Shown here in pieces: positions 55,688 to 64,000 of a DNA stretch of 64,000 nt. Position 1 is the first letter of the stretch; every line of letters starts with the position of its first letter. The notes under the pieces are model-generated. The model was given only the letters and a program-made list of their open reading frames with translations. It was not told where the DNA came from and did no database searches. Source of the DNA: an uncultured Verrucomicrobiota bacterium (GTDB lineage Bacteria > Verrucomicrobiota > Verrucomicrobiia > Limisphaerales > SXQI01); assembly GCA_964566945.1 (NCBI GenBank), contig CAZMKE010000003.1, forward strand, positions 209,224 to 273,223, written 5' to 3'. The position numbers were made by a program, and so were the translations under genes.

Positions 55688-58357
55688 ATGAGATCCAATC
55701 ACTTAAATATCCTTTTGGTTTGCGGTGCGAGCCTGGCGTTGCTCGGCTGCCACCCGAAAACCGCGTCCGGTCCGGCTTCGAAGAAATCCGCCACCGCGGT
55801 CTATCGATTATTCGATTTGTTTCAGCCGGAAGACCTGTCCGGTAAAGTTTCCCCGGAAGACGCGGGTTGGAAGCGGGTTGAATGGCGGGCCGATGAGATG
55901 GCTCCTTGGACTCCTCCACCTTCCGAACCGGGGAAAACGAACGAAGTTAAGACTCCTCCTCCGGTCCTCGGGTTTCAGCCGCTGGGAGACCTGACCAGCC
56001 TTGCCGTGGGGCAGGGGCGCCTGGCGGGCGAAGGGACAGGGCCCGCGCCACTGCTGCATTTCGCCCTGCGCGAGAATCGGGGGGGCGCTGAAAATGTAAA
56101 GTTTGTGGAAGTGAAGATGACCGTTTCCGGAGCCAAGCAGGCCTGGCTGCGGCCAGAGCGCGGTTATGCGATGGACGAAGCGGCGGTCAAAGCCTGGGCT
56201 GTGCAGACGAATTCGTGGGATGCTTCCGTTGATATCGAAGACAACAAGGTCCAGACCTACCGGTTCGAGATCAAGGCGGATCGCGGCCGACAGGGCAATC
56301 CTCCTCCCGCCGGTCCCGGGGGCATGGGTGGCCCTGGTCCGGGCGGTTCTCCCACGACGGACCGGCCCAGGCTTCCCGAACCGCGTGATGGCGATTTGCG
56401 GCATTTCTTTCTTACTTTTCGAGACGCGAAGTCGGCAAAATTCGCGATCGAATCGGTGCGATTCGTGAGCGAGCGCGAAGAGAAGCTTAAGGACCCTTCA
56501 GGCCAGCAATGGGCCGGCCTGGCGGAGATTTATCACGCCACGCTGGCAGCGAAAACGCCGGAGATCTTCCGCATGCCACTGCGTGAATTGCCAGAAAAGG
56601 CAGCGCTTCAATTGGCCATCGGCACCCGGGAAGATTCGCCCGTCAAGTTCACCATTTCCATTTCGCCCCGGGACGCCGGCAAGGAGGCGGGACCGACGCG
56701 GCTTTTTGAACGAACCGTCACCATCCCGAATCGCTGGCAGAGCGTCCGTCTTGATTTGTCGGCTTATGCTGGAAAAAGCGTTTTGCTAGAGCTCGCCGTT
56801 GCCGGCGAAAAGAAGGGGCTCTGGGGCTACTGGGGTTCGCCGATCATCCGCAGCCATGCCAGCGATGGAGTTGGCGTGGCGAACGGTCCCGGCGGCAAGC
56901 CGAGGCCTCGCGGGGTTATCTTCATGGTGATCGACACCCTGCGGAAGGACCACCTGAATATCTACGGCTATCCGCGCGAAACCACAGTGTATCTGAAGAA
57001 GTTTGCCGAAGAGGGGGTTGCCTTCAATCACGCGATCTCCCAAGGAACCATGACCAAGATCTCGGTTCCATCCATGGTGACCTCCCTTTATCCGATGTCC
57101 CATACGGTGCTCGGCTTTGACAAAGGCCTTCCTGCTTCCGCCAAGACAATCGCGGAGGTGTTTCGTGATGAAGGTTATTCCACGGTGGCATACTCGTCCG
57201 TTCCGTTCACGGGCAAGATGAACAACATGCATCAGGGGTACGATGAGCTGCATGAGAAGGCGTCGATTTCCGATAGTGAGTACGACGCGAAGACGGCCCG
57301 CCATTATGTCGACCGCTTGATTCCCTGGCTGGAAGAGCATCACGATGAGCCCTTCTTTGTTTTTCTGCATCTGTTTGACCCGCACTCGCCGTTTCGGCCG
57401 CGTCCGCCGTATGACACGATGTGGGGAGCAGCCAACGCCAAGGATCGGTTGGCGGAGTTGGAGGAAGATATGCGGCGGGAGAAAGTGCCGCTGTCGATGG
57501 GATTGCCGGGGAAAACCGACTATCAGAAGACGGGCAATAATCCGGAGGAGCTCTTAAAGATTTATCAGGACTGGTACGATGGCTCGATCCGCGGCGTTGA
57601 TGCCGAGGTGGGCCGATTGCTGGAAGCGTTGCGCGACATGGGCTTGGAAAAAGACACGCTGTTCGTCTGGGGAACGGATCACGGTGAAGAGTTCTGGGAG
57701 CATGGGCGGCTTTTCCATGGCCACAGCGTTTACGGCGAACTGAACCAGGTCCCGCTGGTTTTTCATTGGCCGAACAATCCGGACATTCGGAAAGGCGTGA
57801 TGATCCAGCAGCAAGTGCAAAACATCGACATCATGCCAACGATCCTCGAACTGACCGGCATCACCGGGCCGACGAACATGCAGGGTCGCAGCCTGCTCCC
57901 GCTCTTGAACGGAACAGGCGTGGCCAATTGGGAAGATCGGCCCGCCATAACCCAGGCGATGGTTGGCCCGCCGCCCGGTTCCCCCGAGCCTCGCAAGGAC
58001 AAGCCACACTTCGGCATTATCGACCATGGCTGGAAGCTGATCCGGAAGGAAGTTGATCCGACCGCCCAGGAAGAGCTTTACGAGCATCCCGCGGATTACC
58101 TGAATCTCACGAACGTCTTCCCGCTCCCGGACAGTGCGGCCCGGGTTAAGACCCTGGAGGAGACTCTCGAGAGCTGGAAGAAGATGGCGCACGCAGCGGA
58201 ATTGCCGAGCGATGACACCATGGCTCAACAGGTCAGCTCGGAAGAACTGCGGCGTTTGCGGGCCCTTGGTTATGTGGGCGGCGCGCCCGCCGCAAAGGCT
58301 CCGGCCAGCGCGGCCACCAACGCCCCGCCAGCGGCGGGAACCTCCACCAACAAGTAA
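55688..58357 (+). CDS. Lipoprotein with an uncharacterised N-terminal domain and a C-terminal sulfatase-like (alkaline-phosphatase superfamily) domain
   Basis: The ATG at 55688 gives MRSNHLNILLVCGASLALLGC (lipobox). AP-superfamily core VIFMVIDTLRKDH, GTMTKISVPSM, LHLFDPHSPF and WGTDHGEE. Confidence 0.8.
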   Translation: MRSNHLNILLVCGASLALLGCHPKTASGPASKKSATAVYRLFDLFQPEDLSGKVSPEDAGWKRVEWRADEMAPWTPPPSEPGKTNEVKTPPPVLGFQPLGDLTSLAVGQGRLAGEGTGPAPLLHFALRENRGGAENVKFVEVKMTVSGAKQAWLRPERGYAMDEAAVKAWAVQTNSWDASVDIEDNKVQTYRFEIKADRGRQGNPPPAGPGGMGGPGPGGSPTTDRPRLPEPRDGDLRHFFLTFRDAKSAKFAIESVRFVSEREEKLKDPSGQQWAGLAEIYHATLAAKTPEIFRMPLRELPEKAALQLAIGTREDSPVKFTISISPRDAGKEAGPTRLFERTVTIPNRWQSVRLDLSAYAGKSVLLELAVAGEKKGLWGYWGSPIIRSHASDGVGVANGPGGKPRPRGVIFMVIDTLRKDHLNIYGYPRETTVYLKKFAEEGVAFNHAISQGTMTKISVPSMVTSLYPMSHTVLGFDKGLPASAKTIAEVFRDEGYSTVAYSSVPFTGKMNNMHQGYDELHEKASISDSEYDAKTARHYVDRLIPWLEEHHDEPFFVFLHLFDPHSPFRPRPPYDTMWGAANAKDRLAELEEDMRREKVPLSMGLPGKTDYQKTGNNPEELLKIYQDWYDGSIRGVDAEVGRLLEALRDMGLEKDTLFVWGTDHGEEFWEHGRLFHGHSVYGELNQVPLVFHWPNNPDIRKGVMIQQQVQNIDIMPTILELTGITGPTNMQGRSLLPLLNGTGVANWEDRPAITQAMVGPPPGSPEPRKDKPHFGIIDHGWKLIRKEVDPTAQEELYEHPADYLNLTNVFPLPDSAARVKTLEETLESWKKMAHAAELPSDDTMAQQVSSEELRRLRALGYVGGAPAAKAPASAATNAPPAAGTSTNK

Positions 58358-58376
58358 CCGATCCCATGATTTGCCT

Positions 58377-58997
58377 ATGAAATCCCTCCTATATCGCCTG
58401 CGGTTCGGGCGTCCTCTGGTGCTGGTGTCGGGCTTGCCTCGTTCCGGAACCTCGATGCTGATGCAGATGCTCGAGAAGGGGGGCATGCCGATCGTCACCG
58501 ATAAAATTCGCACCGCGGATGAAGACAACCCGAAAGGGTACCACGAATTCGAGCGCATCAAGGAAATCGACAAAACCCAGGACAAGAGCTGGCTCAAGCA
58601 ATATCGCGGGCAGGTGATCAAAACGATTTCGTTTCTGCTGCAGGATCTGCCCCTGGACCTGAATTATCAGGTGATCTTTATGCGCCGCAATATTGAAGAG
58701 GTGCTGCGTTCGCAGAACAAGATGCTCGAACGGAGCGGCTCCGCCGGCACGATCGTGGCCGATGACAAGATGCGCCGGAACTATGAGTTTCACCTGAAGA
58801 AGGTGTATTACCAGCTGGAGCACATCCCAAATTTTGAAGTGCTCTACATCGATTATCCCGCGGTGGTCGAAGATCCGTTGCGCGAGGCGAAGAGAATCAA
58901 TGCTTTCCTGGGCGGACGGTTGAACGCGGAGGCGATGGCCGGCGCGGTGGAATCGAGCCTTTATCGGAACCGGGTTGCCGCGCCATCGCATGCTTGA
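58377..58997 (+). CDS. Sulfotransferase family protein
   Basis: 5'-PSB loop VSGLPRSGTSMLMQML and 3'-PB motif FMRRNIEEVLRS. The ATG at 58377 is preferred over the ORF start at 58134. Confidence 0.85.
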   Translation: MKSLLYRLRFGRPLVLVSGLPRSGTSMLMQMLEKGGMPIVTDKIRTADEDNPKGYHEFERIKEIDKTQDKSWLKQYRGQVIKTISFLLQDLPLDLNYQVIFMRRNIEEVLRSQNKMLERSGSAGTIVADDKMRRNYEFHLKKVYYQLEHIPNFEVLYIDYPAVVEDPLREAKRINAFLGGRLNAEAMAGAVESSLYRNRVAAPSHA

Positions 58998-61242
58998 TCC
59001 GCTCCAGTTGAAATATCCACGGACCAAAGGCGGGGCGAGCGATGGTCACCATGCGCTGGAGCCGACACGGTTGAGCCGGGCTTGGGGGTTCTCTGCCTCC
59101 GGCGTTCTGGTGCTGCTGGCGTTCCTGGCGTTTCCGCCTCAGGCGCACGCCTATCTCGGGCCGGGCGCCGGGTTCACTATCGTTTCCACGTTCTTCGTTC
59201 TCTTCACGGCGATTGCGTCCGCGTTCCTGGTGCTTCTGACCTGGCCCTTTCGCTGGGTGTTGAAGCGGATTTTTCGGCCCAAGCGCGCGGGCACTGCCCA
59301 AACCCAGCGGATTGTCATCGTCGGCTTGGACGGGCAGGATCCCGAGTTGACCGAAAAGTGGATGAACGAAGGGTTGTTGCCGAACTTTGCCCGGCTGCGG
59401 GAAACAGGAGCGTTCGCCCGGTTGGGCACGACGCTCCCGGCCGAGTCGCCGGTCGCCTGGTCGTCGTTCCAGACCGGCTGCAACCCGGGGAAACATCGCA
59501 TCTACGATTTCCTCGTGCCGAACCGGAAGTCGCTCATGCCCGAGCTGAGCTCCGCGAACGTCACCGCCCCGGCGCGCACGCTCAAGCTGGGCAAATATCT
59601 CATTCCGATCGGGCGTCCGAACATCGCGGCCGGGCGGAAGAGTGAAGCGTTCTGGACGATTCTCGGGCGGTATGGCGTTTTCAGTTCCGTGCTCCGGGTT
59701 CCGATCACGTTTCCGCCGGAGAAGTTTTCAGGCGTGCTCCTATCCGCCATGAATGTGCCGGACGTGAAAGGCAGCCAGGGCACCTACTTCTACTTTACGA
59801 CGGACGAGGCCGATAAGCGGACGCTTGTGAGCGGCCAGCAATGCCCCTTCCAGAAAATCGAGGGGGGCGCTCAAGGCGAGTTGCCGGGGCCGGAAAACAC
59901 TCTCGTGAAAAATGGCGGAGAGTTGAAGATTCCGTTTTCGATCCTCACCTCCAAAGACGGCGCCGGGGCGGCGCAACTCCGTTTGCCAGATCAAACGGTC
60001 ACGCTCCGCCTGAATGAATACACTCCGTGGGTGACGCTGAGTTACAAAGCAGCCGTGGGATTCACCGTGAAAGCGATCGCCCGCTTCCTCCTGTTGGACC
60101 AGGCGCCGCAGGTGCGACTTTACGTCACTCCAATTCAGATTGATCCGGAGAATCCAGCGCTGCCGATCTCCCATCCGGTCTCCTACTCGATCTATCTCGC
60201 CAAGCGCCAGGGGCCGTTCGCCACGCTCGGCGTGGCGGAAGACACTTCGGGCCTGAACGAGGGAGTGATCGGGGAGGAGGCTTTCTTCCAGCAGGCGCAG
60301 GATATTCATCGCGAGCGCGAGGAGATGTTCTTCGACGCGCTCGAGAAAACCCGCCGGGGATCTGTGGTCTGCGTTTTTGACATAACGGACCGGCTGCAGC
60401 ACATGTTTTTCCGCTTTCACCAGGACGCAAAATGGGGCGCGGCGATTTCCAATCCACGCTACGCCAATGTGCTGCGCGATCTCTATGTCCAGATGGATGG
60501 CCTGGTCGGCCGCGTGATGAAACAACTTGATCCGCAGACAACTCTGATGGTCTTGTCGGACCATGGATTCAAGCCGTTCCGGCGGGCGGTGGAATTGAAC
60601 CGTTGGCTGCAATTGCACGGTTTTCTTGCGGAAAGCGTGGATTCCCGGACGCCGGATCTTTTGCAGCGGGTTGATTGGTCCCGCACCCGGGCCTACGCCG
60701 TCGGCTTTGGAGGCATCTATTTGAATATCGCGGGACGGGAAGCCAAGGGGATCGTTCCCCGGGAAGAAGCGGCGCAGTTGAAGCGGGAGATTATTTCCAA
60801 GCTCAAGGAACTCCGTGACCCGGGTTATCCAGGTGCGCCGATCAGCGAGGTTTACGATCGCGAACAGGCTTACAAAGGCCCGTACGTCCAGGATGCGCCG
60901 GATTTGGTGGTCGGCTTTTCGCCCGGTTATCGCGTGGCTTGGGAAACGGTGACCGGCGGTTTCGGAGAACAGGTGATTTCGGACAACACACGCCCGTGGA
61001 GCGGCGATCACAACATGAATCCCCCGGAGGTTCCGGGCATGTTCTTCTCCAACCGGCCGATTGATACTCCCAACCCTAGCATCACTGATATTGCTCCGAC
61101 CGTTTTGGATCTCTTTGGCGTTCCGGTTCCACCGCATATGGATGGCAAGCCGATCATGACTGGTAAGCGGAAGCTCGCGCCCGCGGAAGCGAACCGGGAG
61201 CCTTCGCTGGCGGCAGCGGCGGAAAGGAACGGCGGTCGATGA
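58990..61242 (+). CDS. Membrane-anchored alkaline-phosphatase-family protein (type I phosphodiesterase/NPP-like), paralog 1
   Basis: Two N-terminal TM helices. IVIVGLDGQDPEL, TTLPAESPVAWSSFQTG, LSDHGF and WSGDHNM. The ATG at 58990 overlaps the sulfotransferase stop by 8 nt. Confidence 0.8.
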   Translation: MLDPLQLKYPRTKGGASDGHHALEPTRLSRAWGFSASGVLVLLAFLAFPPQAHAYLGPGAGFTIVSTFFVLFTAIASAFLVLLTWPFRWVLKRIFRPKRAGTAQTQRIVIVGLDGQDPELTEKWMNEGLLPNFARLRETGAFARLGTTLPAESPVAWSSFQTGCNPGKHRIYDFLVPNRKSLMPELSSANVTAPARTLKLGKYLIPIGRPNIAAGRKSEAFWTILGRYGVFSSVLRVPITFPPEKFSGVLLSAMNVPDVKGSQGTYFYFTTDEADKRTLVSGQQCPFQKIEGGAQGELPGPENTLVKNGGELKIPFSILTSKDGAGAAQLRLPDQTVTLRLNEYTPWVTLSYKAAVGFTVKAIARFLLLDQAPQVRLYVTPIQIDPENPALPISHPVSYSIYLAKRQGPFATLGVAEDTSGLNEGVIGEEAFFQQAQDIHREREEMFFDALEKTRRGSVVCVFDITDRLQHMFFRFHQDAKWGAAISNPRYANVLRDLYVQMDGLVGRVMKQLDPQTTLMVLSDHGFKPFRRAVELNRWLQLHGFLAESVDSRTPDLLQRVDWSRTRAYAVGFGGIYLNIAGREAKGIVPREEAAQLKREIISKLKELRDPGYPGAPISEVYDREQAYKGPYVQDAPDLVVGFSPGYRVAWETVTGGFGEQVISDNTRPWSGDHNMNPPEVPGMFFSNRPIDTPNPSITDIAPTVLDLFGVPVPPHMDGKPIMTGKRKLAPAEANREPSLAAAAERNGGR

Positions 61243-63323
61243 ACTCCGATCTTCATTCCAAAAAACCACGCCCATCGAATGCGTTGAAAGCGGCGGTTTC
61301 CTGGTTTCGCTTGCCGGCACGGCGAGGGATCGCCCGCATCGCGCTGGTTTTCGCTTCGTTGGTGGCGGCCTCTCTTCAGGCGGCTCCGCGGAAAGTGATG
61401 GTGCTCGGGATTGATGGGATGGATCCTCAATTGCTCCAGACCTTTATCGATCAGGGCCGCATGCCGAACTTTAAGGCGCTAATCGCGGAAGGGGATTTTC
61501 GCCCGCTCCAGACTACGATGCCGCCCCAAAGTCCCGTCGCGTGGTCCACGTTCATGACGGGCATGGACCCGGGCGGACACGGCATCTACGACTTCATTCA
61601 TGTGGATCAGGCGAAGATGGCGCCGTACTCGTCGATGGCTCAGGCCGATCCCGGTGGCCGGCCAATCAATGTCGGGTCGTGGTCGTTCCCGACGTCGGGC
61701 GGCAGCGTCAAAATGCTGCGAAAAGGGGCCACGTTCTGGCAGATGCTGGGGGATCGTGGTTTTCGCTCCACGATCTTTCGGATGCCGGTGAATTTTCCGC
61801 CGGTGAAAGCTCCGGGCCGCGCGCTGGCGGGGATGGGCACGCCGGACCTGGTCGGTTCCCTCGGAACCTTCTCGTTTTACACCGATCACCGCCGCGATTG
61901 GCCTCCGACGGTTTCAGGGGGGGAGATTTACGGAGTGACGGTAATTAGCAACCGCGTGCAGGGCAATCTCAACGGGCCCCCCAATACCTTCCGGAGGTTT
62001 CCGACCAAGGAAAGCCTGGATCTGCGGGAAAAGGGCCGGGATGTTCCGCTCCAGTTTGAAAATCCAGCCATGACGCAGCCTTTCACGGCCTACCTTGATC
62101 TGGCGGCCGGGGCGGCGAAGTTTGTGGTTGGGGATCAGGAGTTCATTCTCAAGGAGAAGGAATGGAGCGATTGGATTCACGTGGAGTTCGAGGCCATTCC
62201 GCATCTCATGAAGGTCAGCTCCGCCGGCCGGTTTTACCTCAAGCAGATCAGCCCGAAATTCGAGCTTTACGTGACGCCCCTCCAGATCGATCCGGAGGAT
62301 CCGGTGATGCCGATCTCCCAGCCGGCGAATTGGTCGAAACAGCTCTGCTCGGAGCTGGGGCGGTTCTACACCCACGGCATTCCCGAGGATTCGCAGGCCT
62401 TCAACCACGGCGTTCTCAGCGCGCACGAGTTTTGGGGCCAGTTAATGGCGGTTTATGACGAGCGAGCCCGCGCGCTGGACTACCTGTTGAAGCATCAGGA
62501 CGAGGATTTCCTGTTTGTCTATTTTGGGACGGTGGATCAAGGCTGCCACATGCTCTGGCACTTCATGGATCCGAAACATCCAGGATATGTGCCGGATGAG
62601 ACACTCAAGGATGGCATTCGGAAGCTGTACGAGTTGCTCGACAGCCGGCTCGGGCGGGTGCGCGAGGCGGTGGGCAAAGACACCACGCTGATCGTGATGT
62701 CGGATCATGGGTTCGCGCCGTTTTACTGGGAGGTGAACCTGAATACGTGGCTGCTGGAGCAGGGCTATATCACGCTCAAAGATCCTTCCAAGCCAGAGAG
62801 CGGTGAGTTTTTCTCCAATGTCGATTGGTCCCGCACCCGGGCGTATGCCGCGGGGCTGAACGGCCTTTACATCAATCTGAAAGGCCGGGAAAAGGAAGGA
62901 AGCATCGCCCCCGGAGCCGAATATGACGCGCTGCTCGAACAACTGGAGAAAGCGCTGCTGGGCATGAAAGATCTGCGCAACGGTCAATCACCCGTCTCTC
63001 TCGCGTTGCGCCCCCGCCGGGACTTTCACGGGCCGGAAAAGGAAAAGGGCCCCGACATCCTCGTGGGATACAGCCGGGGTTACCGCAGTTCGTCGGACAG
63101 CCCGTTGGGTTTGTTTCCCAAGAACGTTTTCGTGGATAACAAAACGCCCTGGAGTGGCGATCACTGCATTGATTACCGGCTGGTCCCGGGCGTGCTGGTG
63201 ACCAATCGCCGAATCACTCGCCCCGATCCGTCACTGGCGGACCTTACGGTTTCGTTGCTCCACGAGTTCGGAATTGCGCCTCCGGGAGAACTGGTCGGAA
63301 AACAGGTTTTGGAACCCAAATAA
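61239..63323 (+). CDS. Alkaline-phosphatase-family protein (NPP-like), paralog 2
   Basis: VMVLGIDGMDPQL, TTMPPQSPVAWSTFMTG, MSDHGF and WSGDHCI. ATGA overlap with paralog 1. Confidence 0.85.
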   Translation: MNSDLHSKKPRPSNALKAAVSWFRLPARRGIARIALVFASLVAASLQAAPRKVMVLGIDGMDPQLLQTFIDQGRMPNFKALIAEGDFRPLQTTMPPQSPVAWSTFMTGMDPGGHGIYDFIHVDQAKMAPYSSMAQADPGGRPINVGSWSFPTSGGSVKMLRKGATFWQMLGDRGFRSTIFRMPVNFPPVKAPGRALAGMGTPDLVGSLGTFSFYTDHRRDWPPTVSGGEIYGVTVISNRVQGNLNGPPNTFRRFPTKESLDLREKGRDVPLQFENPAMTQPFTAYLDLAAGAAKFVVGDQEFILKEKEWSDWIHVEFEAIPHLMKVSSAGRFYLKQISPKFELYVTPLQIDPEDPVMPISQPANWSKQLCSELGRFYTHGIPEDSQAFNHGVLSAHEFWGQLMAVYDERARALDYLLKHQDEDFLFVYFGTVDQGCHMLWHFMDPKHPGYVPDETLKDGIRKLYELLDSRLGRVREAVGKDTTLIVMSDHGFAPFYWEVNLNTWLLEQGYITLKDPSKPESGEFFSNVDWSRTRAYAAGLNGLYINLKGREKEGSIAPGAEYDALLEQLEKALLGMKDLRNGQSPVSLALRPRRDFHGPEKEKGPDILVGYSRGYRSSSDSPLGLFPKNVFVDNKTPWSGDHCIDYRLVPGVLVTNRRITRPDPSLADLTVSLLHEFGIAPPGELVGKQVLEPK

Positions 63324-63331
63324 GGAATCTT

Positions 63332-63523
63332 ATGTTCGCACCCAAAGTAAAAATCGACAAAGCGCTCTACGAGAAGATCAAGATGTATTCGCACATCGCG
63401 GGTTACTCGTCGCCCGAGGAATTCGTGCACCACGCTCTGGAAAAGGAACTGAAGCAGTTCGAAGGCGCGGAGTCCGAGGATGAAATTCGCCAGAAGCTCA
63501 AGGGCCTCGGCTACATCTCTTAG
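63332..63523 (+). CDS. Small (63 aa) ribbon-helix-helix-like protein
   Basis: KVKIDKALYEKIKMYSHIAGYSSPEEFVHHALEKEL fits a strand-helix-helix pattern. Lies 8 nt after the upstream stop. Confidence 0.45.
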   Translation: MFAPKVKIDKALYEKIKMYSHIAGYSSPEEFVHHALEKELKQFEGAESEDEIRQKLKGLGYIS

Positions 63524-63527
63524 CGCC

Positions 63528-64000
63528 ATGTCCGTGCGTCACGTTCAGAAATACGCGGTGCTCCAGAGGCTGGCGATCTTCGCCCTCGCCAGCCTGGCCG
63601 TGTTTGCCGAAGAGAAGCCATTGACCATTGGCTGGGCCAACTTGCAGTGGCCGCCTGCCACCAACCATGTGATCAGCGTCACCAACCCGACGCCCAACAT
63701 CTATGGGCAGGTCTGGATCGACGGCGTGACGAGCCAGCCCGGAGCTGCGCCAAAGCTCATGGCGCAACTCGGGTTCGGGCCCGCGGGCTCGAATCCCCTC
63801 ACTAACAAGAAATGGCAATGGGTGGATGCCCGCTTCAACCTTGACGTGGGCAACAACGACGAGTTTATGGCGAATCTGCTGCCGGAAGCTCCTGGCGTTT
63901 ACGATTATCTCTACCGTTATTCCACGACCGGCGGCAGCAATTGGCTGTATGCCGACCTGAAAGGCCCGCTGCCCGCCATTACCAACGGCCTTCCATTGGC
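63528..64000 (+). CDS. Secreted protein, 5' partial (runs off the window)
   Basis: Own translation from the ATG at 63528: MSVRHVQKYAVLQRLAIFALASLAVFAEEKPLTIGWANLQWPP...YRYSTTGGSNWLYADLKGP. The frame is open to the end of the window, has a signal peptide, and looks like a carbohydrate-binding-like N-domain. Confidence 0.6.
   Translation, partial: MSVRHVQKYAVLQRLAIFALASLAVFAEEKPLTIGWANLQWPPATNHVISVTNPTPNIYGQVWIDGVTSQPGAAPKLMAQLGFGPAGSNPLTNKKWQWVDARFNLDVGNNDEFMANLLPEAPGVYDYLYRYSTTGGSNWLYADLKGPLPAITNGLPL

Noticed and set aside
58990-63323. The alkaline-phosphatase-family paralogs as PglZ of a BREX system
   Set aside because: No BrxC/PglX/PglY-type partners are present. The proteins have TM or secretion features and NPP-like motifs, and they sit with sulfotransferase and sulfatase-like genes far from the R-M island.

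Overview
High-GC bacterial chromosome segment. The gene content suggests the PVC superphylum, probably Verrucomicrobiota: a PVC-type CxxCH heme/HEAT protein, PEP-CTERM proteins, DUF1080 and many sulfur-ester enzymes. This placement was not checked by any search. All family calls come from reading motifs in the supplied translations. No rRNA, tRNA, CRISPR array, integrase or transposase was recognised. Most of the window is housekeeping or polysaccharide-utilisation genes (rpoD, cysQ, rmuC, dehydrogenases, CE15, GH88-like, DUF1080). Four regions stand out. (1) A defence-type island at about 10.0-22.2 kb. It holds a Type III-like R-M operon (Res with a C-terminal PD-ExK nuclease, and Mod) interrupted by an ORF6N gene and a decayed four-helix-bundle (IVS-type) gene. 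Twelve nt after Mod come two paralogous UvrD-like SF1 helicases, each with an N-terminal RelE/ParE-toxin-like domain. (2) A translationally coupled minus-strand operon at about 28.7-33.3 kb. It encodes a PEP-CTERM protein, a PKHD hydroxylase, a 2OG-Fe(II) oxygenase fused to a PPIase-less trigger-factor module (GFRPGQIP ribosome-docking motif retained), a RoxA/YcfD-like JmjC protein with all catalytic ligands substituted, and a sulfotransferase-fold protein. A second sulfotransferase gene is convergent. This is my best candidate for an undescribed system. (3) A modular dispersed intergenic repeat family at 22.2, 22.5, 27.6, 33.4-33.8 and 35.2-35.6 kb. (4) A coupled operon at 55.7-63.3 kb with a Thr-type sulfatase-like lipoprotein, a sulfotransferase and two NPP-like alkaline-phosphatase-family paralogs.
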